From assembly GCF_001194135.2 (NCBI RefSeq), contig NC_069007.1:20868827-20932826 (forward strand): a DNA stretch of 64,000 bases, in the 5' to 3' direction. Shown piece after piece: positions 1 through 9,745 of this stretch. How positions within the stretch are numbered: position 1 is the stretch's first letter; each line of letters opens with the position of its first letter. The position numbers were made by a program, and so were the translations under genes. The notes beneath the pieces were generated by a model. The model was given only the letters and a program-made list of their open reading frames with translations, was not told where the DNA came from and made no database searches. This stretch comes from Octopus bimaculoides. Lineage: Eukaryota.

Positions 1-1839
1 TAGAGAAGTAGTATAAGACACAGAAAATATTTAAAATGTCGAGATTCAACATTTTCATAAAAACTGGTTCTCTGAAGACGAGTGTTCAGGTTGATCCGAT
101 GAAGGGAACAGCCTGTTTGTGAAATCAACAAGCAAGTAGCTGAGCACTTAACAAAAATGTGGACCCTTAATGTAGTTCTAGAGAGATTCAGTGTGATGAG
201 GATGGCCCTTAACTCATTTTTGCAGGCTGAGTGGACTGGAGCAGCATGAAATAAGGTATTTTGTTTAACTCTTGAAGCGCTGGGATTTGCACTTCCGTAG
301 CGTGGACTGCTGAACACATTTTATGAAAATGAGACTACCATGCACAGATAAAAAACAAAAAAATAGTTAAAATATCTTCTTAGTATATAATGGTGGCAAG
401 TTTTACATCATCTGAAAAGTCATTAGTTGAACTATTAGTCCTCTTACATTCTGCGAAATATTGGAGTGTTTGAGAGACATTAGACACCAACAAACATCCA
501 TAAATTAAATGCATCTATCTCGGCCATGATCGTTGCCTGATGGCTATGATCGTGACCTGTCTCGCCTTATGTGTTAAGGAAAAGCAATGTGCCACTGGGA
601 ATCGAACTCACAACCTTATAATCTGGAGCCTAATACCCTAACCACTAAACCATGCACCTTCACACCTTTTTATAAGAAGAAACTGTAGAATATAAACAAT
701 TGCTTCAACAAGTTCAAATCCTGCCGAGGCCGACTTTGCCTTTCATCCTTGATAAATTAAGTACTAGTGAGACACTGGGGTCGATGTAATTAACTAGTCC
801 CTTTCCCCCAAAATTTCAAGGCCTTGTGCCTTCAGAAGAAAAGATTATTACAAGGGTGAGTTAGGAAGTAATCCGATTTTTATTTGCACTACTTTTTAAC
901 TCAGGGCCGCAGTCCAATGACTGAAACAAAGATAATAAAAATTAAAAAAACAATTATAATTTATTCTTTTATTGGCCACAAGGGCTAATGTAAACAAACA
1001 TTAACGAACATGCAACAACATAAAGAAATAACACAAGACGACACAAAGGGTTTTACTGCGTGTAAAACAATAAAAACGATTAAAATTAAACAATGTAAAT
1101 CTCCCTAAAAAGGGAATCGCTTTAAGGTTACTCGTAGAAAAACCCCACAAAAGCCACGGGTGCCTGATCAAGAGGGCAAGAGCCCTTCTGCTATTTTTTT
1201 CACAGGTGTATACTCAGAAAAGGCAATTATAATTAAGAGCTTCAAGCACCTGCTGTATATGAATTCCCAGGAATTGTGTGGAAAAGAGCGATCAATAATG
1301 TTTACTTTGGTATTATTTGGCGACATAAAATATACACATATTTATGATTATATATACCAACTTTTAATTAAATTATATACACTGGAAGCCGTTTCGAAAA
1401 TAAGTAGCTGTTAAAGGAATAAGTTTGGAAACCTACTGAATTTGATCACAGTAACCAGTTGATGACATGATCTCCGATGCTAATAAGCGACTTCTTTTGT
1501 ATTAGTGTTCAATGTGTATTATATCTTACCTGTTGTGGTTGAAATAAATCGATATTTATTGTGAAATAACCTTTTAATTTTCATTTAACGTTTATGAAAT
1601 GTCACAAAAATCCGGAAGTGAAAGCTGTCACCTCACGTGACTTACCCTCTCTAATTAATAAAACCACAAAGCAACGTTGTTGTCAAAACAAAACTGAAAA
1701 CGCTTTGAGACGTTGTTACAGCATGGCCGCGGTCCATTGACTGAAACATGTAAAAAGACAAAAAGGAGCGCCATGGTTACTTACCATCTAATTCAAATGA
1801 GTTTTCGTAAATGTCGCTCCCGCCAACGTCGCCTTTTCT

Positions 1840-2030
1840 TCTTGGTGGTGGTGGATTTGGCGGTGAGAGTAATCATCGTGTTTGACAATCGAGGTGGGGA
1901 TAGTTGTAGTGGTGAAGGTGGTGGCAATGATTATTGTAGTGGTGGTGGTGGTGGTGTTGGTAGTAGGCAAAGGTGGTGATGACGATGGTTGTAGTGATGT
2001 TTGGTGGCAGTATAGAAACCATGCTAAAAC
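1840..2030. repeat. Imperfect (GGT/GAT)n low-complexity tract
   Basis: Visible directly in the sequence. Confidence 0.85.
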
Positions 2031-2185
2031 AGATGGTGGAGATTGATGCAGCTCCTGTCAAACTGTCCAACCCATGCCAGCATGGAAAACAGACGTTAAA
2101 TGATGAAGATAATAATTGTTTATTTCTACGTTTTTCTAAATGTAGTTTCTTGACCGAAGAGAGGTTATTACTATTATTATTGTTA

Positions 2186-2406
2186 AGCTGGCAGAATCGT
2201 TAGCATGCCGGGTGAAATGTGGTATTTCGTCTGCTGCTATGTTCTGAGTTCAGATTCAGCCAAGGTCGACTTTGCCTTTCATCCTTTGGGGTCAATGAAT
2301 TAAGTATCAATGAAATACTGAGGTCAATGTAATCGACTAGTCCCCTACCCACAAAAATTTCAAGGCCTTGTGCCTTCACTACAAAGGATTATTATTATTA
2401 TTATTC
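2186..2406 (+). mobile_element. tRNA-headed SINE, family 2, with (ATT)n tail
   Basis: AGCTGGCAGAATCGTTAGCATGCCGGG...GTTCTGAGTTC...GACTTTGCCTTTCATCC...GGCCTTGTGCC. Other copies at ~712-850, 15868-16045(-), 18112-18305, 30215-30450 and 53437-53610. Confidence 0.85.
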
Positions 2407-3222
2407 AAAGTAATATACATTCAATTCTTAACACACAAATCTAGAGATGGAGTGTATTTTATTTTTTTGTGTTGTGTGTCACATAAAGATATTGAATAAT
2501 ATTTTGTGCCAGTGTTTTGGTAATGTGTCAATTTTGTAAAAAATAATTTAAACTATTCAGATAATATTTTAATTAAAAAATATATATTTTCTCAAAATTT
2601 TTTACATACATTTCATAATTTCTTTTCACTTATTGAAAATGTTTACAAAACAATCATCTCAATAATAGTTTCTTCCAATAAATATTAGTTCATGTTTTAA
2701 CAACATAGTTTTTGAATGAAAATAATTCCACACACATTTCCCACATCTATAAGCTTTTACCTCTGCATTTTTCAGCCGTTATTAAAGAGAATATGTCTCT
2801 AAGAAACTTCAAAGACAAATGAGTGATTAGATCTTTCGCCAGGGTGAATTTCTGGATAAAATACCACGATTCAAAATATTATTTCCGAGATATTTCACAG
2901 CGAAAATTATTTCCCTCCGCATTCCACTTGCAGATTATAAGTGTTGTTGTGGTTTACAGTGAATGATTCCTAAATATTTCAGTGAGAATCCTTTTTTCTG
3001 TTTTTCTTCTTCTCTCTTTTTCAGTTCATTTGTATACTTCAAGTTAATGAGGACATCTTAAATATTTTATCGAAATGCTTTCTCTCAAGCAAGCACACAT
3101 TTATAGACTACAAAGCGAGAATTGAAGGAGAATGAACTTTGACATATTATATCAAGATAAATATTCTTCTGTGTACTTCTTGGGAGATAGGGAGCTGTAA
3201 GTTTCGGTTGCAAGAGAATTTC

Positions 3223-4212
3223 TCACGTTTCACAATTGGAAGAATTTCTTTTGGTATGTATACGTTTGTGTCTGTTTAAATAATCCCCAGTGACGAACGA
3301 TTTCTCACATATTTCACAGTGATAGGGTCGTTCGCCAGTGTGCCTCCGTATATGGATAACAAGACTAGAATTCTGAGTGAAAGATTTACCACATATTTCA
3401 CAATGAAACTGTTTTACTCCCGTGTGGATCAATTTGTGTCTACTTAAATCATCGTTTTTGACAAATGATTTTCCACATGTTTCGCAACGATAGGGCTTTT
3501 CTCCTGTATGTATTCTATTATGTTTTGTTAAGACACTGTTAGAGACAAAAAATTTCCCACATGTTTTACATTGATAAGGCTTTTCTCCGGTGTGACTACG
3601 AATGTGGGCAATAAGATTCGAATTATTACTGAAAGATTTACCACACACTTGACAGTGATAAGGCTTTTCTCCGGTGTGACTACGAATGTGGGTAATAAGA
3701 TTGGAATTATTACTGAAAGATTTACCACACACTTGACAGTGATAAGGCTTTTCTCCGGTGTGTATTAATCTGTGTGCTGTTAAGTTAGTATTAGCCACAA
3801 ACGACTTCCCGCAGATTTCACAGTGAAATGGTTTTTCTCCTGTATGGCTACGTACGTGGATAACAAGATTAGAATTCTGAAAGAAAGATTTCCCACAAAT
3901 TTTACAATGAGACGATTTTTCTCCGGTGTGTCTACGTTTGTGTCTTGCTAAATTACTTTCAGAGACAAAAGGTTTCCCACACACATCACAGTGAAATGTA
4001 TTCTCTGCTTTGTGTAAATCTGTGTGTTTGAACAATTCATCTTCGGATGAGAATGTTTTTCTACAAATATCGCAACGATATTCAGCAATATTTCTTTGTT
4101 CGGTAAATGTCTCGCTATATAAAGGTTTCTCACCATTGTATGTTGGTGTAATTGGACTTCCATCGTTAATTACCGTGTTATTAGAAGAATCCAAGTGATT
4201 AACGTCTTCCAT
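3223..4212 (-). CDS. C2H2 zinc-finger protein G1, family A (10 fingers, acidic N-terminus)
   Basis: 329-aa ORF starting MEDVNHLDSSN; 10 CxxC-12-HxxxH repeats with TGEKP linkers; ends NCET-stop. Confidence 0.93.
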   Translation of the reverse strand: MEDVNHLDSSNNTVINDGSPITPTYNGEKPLYSETFTEQRNIAEYRCDICRKTFSSEDELFKHTDLHKAENTFHCDVCGKPFVSESNLARHKRRHTGEKSSHCKICGKSFFQNSNLVIHVRSHTGEKPFHCEICGKSFVANTNLTAHRLIHTGEKPYHCQVCGKSFSNNSNLITHIRSHTGEKPYHCQVCGKSFSNNSNLIAHIRSHTGEKPYQCKTCGKFFVSNSVLTKHNRIHTGEKPYRCETCGKSFVKNDDLSRHKLIHTGVKQFHCEICGKSFTQNSSLVIHIRRHTGERPYHCEICEKSFVTGDYLNRHKRIHTKRNSSNCET

Positions 4213-4650
4213 ATTAATTAACCAGGAATTCTTAAAAGCTGTAGAAATGTCTGTTGCTATTTCGGACTTGTATCGAAAGATCGCCGGTTCAATTTGTTAT
4301 TAGATATCACGGGACTTTGTTTACATGCTGTAATTAATTTAGCTAAACCAATTATAATACAAGGTTGGCGGTGTTGTTTGTAATATTGTCCCTTCTTTAA
4401 ATTTACGATGTAGCGTAGTTTGTGATGTAAGGAGATATAGAATTAAGCAGATATAGAACACCAACAATGTAACATATAAGTCACTCCTATGCTATCCACA
4501 TTGTGACGTTTATCATACTACAATTCAGAATTAAATTAACCAAACTTAACACAATAAGGTAATGTCGGTGAGAATTTCCCCCTCACCTTATGTACAACGG
4601 TGATATAAATTAATAGTCCCTTACATAATTCAAGACATTCATAAAAAGCC
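4213..4650 (-). promoter_or_regulatory. Family-A upstream cassette of G1 (distal part duplicated)
   Basis: GGCGGTGTTG at 4367-4376; a second partial copy GTCGGTG..TTTCCCCCTCACC..ACGGTGAT..CCCTTACATAATT at ~4564-4630. Confidence 0.55.
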
Positions 4651-5464
4651 TTCCGATGATAAGAATTTAGTCTTTCAAGTGTATCCCAATTCATGGTAAA
4701 GCAAAATGACAATAACGTATCAACGAAAGAGCCTCAGTTTGGTCACTCGACCAGCATGAAATAACAGTCAATTCCCCTCAAACCAGACCCTTTTGCCTTA
4801 GAAAAGAGACGTTCGGCAGTGTCGTCCTATGTATACAAAAATGAGATCGACACGGTTGAAAATGCTTTTCATTTTAGCTCTGAGCGATCATGCTAATCTA
4901 ATAGTAAACAACAACGTTTAACTTTTCCCTCCAACGGTTATAGAGTTGATTTTAGGCACCAATTCGCAGTGTTGTAGACGTCACGCCGTAATGACTGTCT
5001 CCACCCCCGCCAAATCGTTTTAACAACTGCATGCTTAAACCGATATGCAAATATATATATATATATATATANNNNNNNNNNNNNNNNNNNNNNNNNNNNN
5101 NNNNNNNNNNNNNNNNNNNNNNNNNNNNNNNNNNNNNNNNNNNNNNNNNNNNNNNNNNNNNNNNNNNNNNNNNNNNNNNNNNNNNNNTATATAGTGAAGG
5201 CAGGCATCAGCCAAATTAATTAAAAACAATGTGAATAAACAAGTATTACATTTAACAGAATATTCTGAATGCTAAAGGGATATTGAGAAAGAAAATAACA
5301 TTAACAAATATAGCTTAAACATTTTAATTTAAAATGCATACAATTATTATAAAGAAATATTTCAATTTATATGTAAATTATTTGAACATTTTGTCGTAAA
5401 TTTAAGAGGTAATATTTTACATAAATTTCTCATATTTCTGTTTATGAAGCATCTTTTTAAGAAG

Positions 5465-5750
5465 TCATTTCAGTAACGTTTTTCACCTGTGTATATTTTA
5501 CTTAAATTCAAACATGGCTTTTCAACAGAATTAATTTCCCCCTCATTTCAAATTTATAAAGTCATTTTTTAACTTTGTGTCTTTCCAATGATAATGAGAC
5601 AAACAGTGAATGATCTTCCTCCAAGGTATATTCTTGGATTGTAATACTAGAATTTAGAGAATGATGATAGCATATTTCACAGTGAAAGGTTTCTTCTGTC
5701 TGTGATCAGCTATGAATCACATATGAAGATTTACTTAATCCAGTTATTTC
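5465..5750 (-). pseudogene. Heavily decayed C2H2 finger remnant
   Basis: Minus strand reads E-E-T-F-H-C-E-I-C at 5671-5696 and K-I-Y-T-G-E-K at ~5477-5497, with no open frame between them. Confidence 0.55.
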
Positions 5751-6275
5751 CCTTTGATATAGATTTTATCTAATGTATATTCCAGTCGTGGGCAACCTGC
5801 AAAACTTTCTGAATGGCACCCCTAATGAAAACTGGTCTTGAATTTGTTTTAGTAGTGTGGCCCACCTTATGATGAGTTGCATTTCATGCAGTCTTGCTTC
5901 ACAAGAACGATTTCCAATGTCTGGTGTGTTCACTTGTCAAAGTTCACAAATAATGATTTCCTAGTTAAAGATGTAAAAGACACCCAGTACACTTTGTGGA
6001 ATGGTTGGCGTCCAGCTGTTGAAACCAAGCCAAAACAGGCTGGAGCCTGGTGCAACTCTCTGCTGGCTTACCAGCTCCAGTTAAACTGTCTTACCCATGC
6101 TAGTGTGGAAAACAGACCCTAAATGAAGATGATTCTCTTTCAAAGAACATATTTGTGGGCCTACATGATACGAATTCAAAAAGAAAGTGATTTCTGGTAT
6201 TTTATGCCCACATATGTTCTCCAATGAATACTTGTTGACACATTATAGGTTTAGATTAAAAAAGAGACACATGTC

Positions 6276-7991
6276 TTATGTTTCACATTTGAGAGGCTTC
6301 CCTCTAGTGTGCAATCGTTCATGTCTTTTTAAAAGACTGCTAGAAATGAAAGATTTCCCACATATTTCACAACAATAGGGTTTTTCTCCCGTGTGTTTCC
6401 GTTTGTGTATGTTTAAATCACTGTTATTAACAAAGGATTTCCCACACACTTCACAGGCACAAGGTTTTTCTCCAGTGTGTCTACGCTTGTGACTCATAAG
6501 ATCAAAATTTCGAGAGAAAGATTTCCCACACATATCACAAAGATATGACTTTTCTCCCGTGTGTATTTGCTTGTGCACAACAAGGGAAGAATTTTTACCG
6601 AACGACTTGTCACATATATTACAATGGTAAGGTTTCTCTCCTGTATGACTACGTACGTGGATAACAAGTTTCGAATTGTGAGTGAAAGCTTTTCNNNNNN
6701 NNNNNNNNNNNNNNNNNNNNNNNNNNNNNNNNNNNNNNNNNNNNNNNNNNNNNNNNNNNNNNNNNNNNNNNNNNNNNNNNNNNNNNNNNNNNNNNNNNNN
6801 NNNNNNNNNNNNNNNNNNNNNNNNNNNNNNNNNNNNNNNNNNNNNNNNNNNNNNNNNNNNNNNNNNNNNNNNNNNNNNNNNNNNNNNNNNNNNNNNNNNN
6901 NNNNNNNNNNNNNNNNNNNNNNNNNNNNNNNNNNNNNNNNNNNNNNNNNNNNNNNNNNNNNNNNNNNNNNNNNNNNNNNNNNNNNNNNNNNNNNNNNNNN
7001 NNNNNNNNNNNNNNNNNNNNNNNNNNNNNNNNNNNNNNNNNNNNNNNNNNNNNNNNNNNNNNNNNNNNNNNNNNNNNNNNNNNNNNNNNNNNNNNNNNNN
7101 NNNNNNNNNNNNNNNNNNNNNNNNNNNNNNNNNNNNNNNNNNNNNNNNNNNNNNNNNNNNNNNNNNNNNNNNNNNNNNNNNNNNNNNNNNNNNNNNNNNN
7201 NNNNNNNNNNNNNNNNNNNNNNNNNNNNNNNNNNNNNNNNNNNNNNNNNNNNNNNNNNNNNNNNNNNNNNNNNNNNNNNNNNNNNNNNNNNNNNNNNNNN
7301 NNNNNNNNNNNNNNNNNNNNNNNNNNNNNNNNNNNNNNNNNNNNNNNNNNNNNNNNNNNNNNNNNNNNNNNNNNNNNNNNNNNNNNNNNNNNNNNNNNNN
7401 NNNNNNNNNNNNNNNNNNNNNNNNNNNNNNNNNNNNNNNNNNNNNNNNNNNNNNNNNNNNNNNNNNNNNNNNNNNNNNNNNNNNNNNNNNNNNNNNNNNN
7501 NNNNNNNNNNNNNNNNNNNNNNNNNNNNNNNNNNNNNNNNNNNNNNNNNNNNNNNNNNNNNNNNNNNNNNNNNNNNNNNNNNNNNNNNNNNNNNNNTTTT
7601 CACACTGAAACCGCCTCTCGCCAGTATGTATCGTTTTATGTCTTGACAAAATAATATTAGAAACAAAATATTTCCCGCATATATTACAATGGAAAGGTTT
7701 CTCTCCTGTATGACTACGTACGTGGATAACAAGTTTCGAATTGTGAGTGAAAGCTTTTCCACATATTTCACACTGATATGGTTTCTCCTTCTTATGTATG
7801 TCTTTGTGTGTGATTAATTCATGCTCTGAAAAATATGTTTCCTTGCAAATCTCACAGCTATATTCAGTAATATTTCTCTGTCTTGATCTCTGTTCAGTGA
7901 ATTTTTCATTGCGTGCAAGTTTCTCACAGTTGTATGTTTGTGAAGCTGAATCTACATCGTTAGAAGATCCCAAGTGATTAACATCCTCCAT
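6276..7991 (-). CDS. C2H2 zinc-finger protein G2, family A (middle lies in an assembly gap)
   Basis: MEDVNHLGSSN start at 7991 in the same upstream context as its paralogues; fingers on both sides of the N-gap 6695-7597; ends KCET-stop. Continuity across the gap is unproven. Confidence 0.8.
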   Translation of the reverse strand: MEDVNHLGSSNDVDSASQTYNCEKLARNEKFTEQRSRQRNITEYSCEICKETYFSEHELITHKDIHKKEKPYQCEICGKAFTHNSKLVIHVRSHTGEKPFHCNICGKYFVSNIILSRHKTIHTGERRFQCEXXXXXXXXXXXXXXXXXXXXXXXXXXXXXXXXXXXXXXXXXXXXXXXXXXXXXXXXXXXXXXXXXXXXXXXXXXXXXXXXXXXXXXXXXXXXXXXXXXXXXXXXXXXXXXXXXXXXXXXXXXXXXXXXXXXXXXXXXXXXXXXXXXXXXXXXXXXXXXXXXXXXXXXXXXXXXXXXXXXXXXXXXXXXXXXXXXXXXXXXXXXXXXXXXXXXXXXXXXXXXXXXXXXXXXXXXXXXXXXXXXXXXXXXXXXXXXXXXXXXXXXXXXXXXXXXXXXXXXXXXXXXXXXXXXXXXXXXXXXXXXKAFTHNSKLVIHVRSHTGEKPYHCNICDKSFGKNSSLVVHKQIHTGEKSYLCDMCGKSFSRNFDLMSHKRRHTGEKPCACEVCGKSFVNNSDLNIHKRKHTGEKPYCCEICGKSFISSSLLKRHERLHTRGKPLKCET

Positions 7992-8608
7992 AATTAATGA
8001 CCAGGAATTCTTAAAAGCTGCAGAGGTGTATGTTAATATTAATCTAAAATAATTCAGTTTCATTTAACTGTTTACATCATTTTATGGAATTTGCTGAACT
8101 AATTACAATAGCAAGTTGGCGGTGTCGCTAATAGTTTCCCCTTGCTATAATTATTCCGGTGTTTTAAGTTAAAAGTTCCTAATATAGTTTAATCGATTCA
8201 TATACAGTTCCAATTCGATCTGTTTGATTCTTCAGTTTCATCCAGTCTGCTATTAGTTCTGATGAGAAGAACTCTGATTGAAGAAGAAAAAACAAAACAA
8301 ACTTGATGAATATCGTTGTTACATTTTGAAAGCAACGAGAAAGATATTCGGAAAAAAATTCGCCTGGCAGATGCCAGCAGCGGAATTCTGTTTTAAGCAT
8401 CGCATATAACCCAGAAAAAGACCCTTAAATGTGTTTACGGGGAGAACGATATTGAAAAACATAATAACGTCAGAACCACACCTGGAAATGGCACCATCTT
8501 TTGGCTTACCAACCTCTTGTCAAACCATCCAACCCATGTCATCTTGGAAAACAGACGTTAAATGATGATGTTTTGCCAGTCATAATTAATGAGATTGTCT
8601 TATAAACT

Positions 8609-8828
8609 TTAAACCTTTCATTACTGTATTTATTTTGAGATGCTCTGTGTTTCTTTCAATTAATTTTAAATATAACAAAGAATTTAGTAAAATAACTTAG
8701 CTATCATTCAGCTAGTGTTAAGAACATAAATTGTGACTAAGGTTTGGTGGAAGATTTTAATTCAAAACTTATGAAAACAAGACATTTGTACTACAGAGCC
8801 AGAGGTGGGTTGGTAACAAAAGGGTTAA
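8609..8828. mobile_element. Second TTAA-flanked MITE family
   Basis: TTAA-ACCTTTCATTAC...GTAACAAAAGGG-TTAA; interior matches the tandem units at 62150-62570. Confidence 0.62.
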
Positions 8829-9168
8829 AGACAAATAAAATCAAAGAGATCTTTCTGCAGGGTGTATCTGTTAATTACAAGATAACAAACAAGAGGGAAT
8901 GAGTTCAAACATATTTTGATAATTTTCATGTAATTCACACGTTTTACAATGCTAACTTTAGTCGGATACATCAAGGAGCTGTCATGTTTTCAGTGAGCAT
9001 AAAGACTTCTCCTCTCTGCCTTATCTTATCTCTGTTCAGTTGTTCCCCAGCACCAGAGGGTTGTCTCCTCCCCCCCTCCTGCCACAAAAGGAAATTAACG
9101 AAAGAGAGGATACTAGAACAAGAACCTGAGAGCTGGTAGAAAACAGTTATACAGGGGAGAAACAAGCA

Positions 9169-9383
9169 GCACCTTGGGCAAGTGTCTCCTACCATAGCCT
9201 TGTGAGAGGATTTGATAGACGATGCTGGTGTGTTTATGTCCCCGTAACTTAGCAGTTCGGCAAAAGAATCCGATAGAATAAGTACTAGGCTTACAAAAAA
9301 TAAGTCCTGGGGTTGATTTACTCGACTAAAGGTGGTGTTCCAGTATGGCCACAGTCAAATGACTGAAACGAGTAAAAGAGTTA
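9169..9383 (+). mobile_element. SINE, family 1 (internally deleted)
   Basis: GCACCTTGGGCAAGTGTC joined through a deletion to GATGCTGGTGTGTTTATGTCCCCGTAAC and the 3' end. Confidence 0.78.
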
Positions 9384-9745
9384 AGATTTCTCTGAAATGA
9401 GATTCCATTTCTATATTAAAAGATGAGAATACAATGAGATTGAGTTCCAATATAATTACACTAAGATTAACCCTTTAAAATTCAGATTACCCTGTCAAAA
9501 TGTAAAGCTTATTTATTCACATTGCTTTGAATTAATGATGCATTATCTCATAACTTTCAGATTTTGATGATGGAATTATTCATTTTTAGAATGACACTGT
9601 AGGGTAGGTGTGAAAGGCTAAATCTAGCCAGTTTGTACACAAAACAGAAATATTATTTTTGCTGGTTCAAATGCTAAAGGAATAAATGGTCTCCAGTGTT
9701 TACTTGTTACTGGTCTATAAATTTAGACTTACAAGCAAAAACCTC

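Noticed and set aside
592-660. tRNA-like sequences here and at the SINE heads
   Set aside because: They have A/B-box similarity but no complete cloverleaf and continue into SINE bodies; not functional tRNA genes
6647-7759. Identical finger sequence (KAFTHNSKLVIHVRSHTGEKP) on both sides of the G2 gap
   Set aside because: Cannot be distinguished from a scaffolding or repeat-collapse artefact, so finger number is not inferred
4938-7771. ORFs containing long X runs, here and at 39607-39816 and 55537-56108
   Set aside because: They are open only because they run through N gaps
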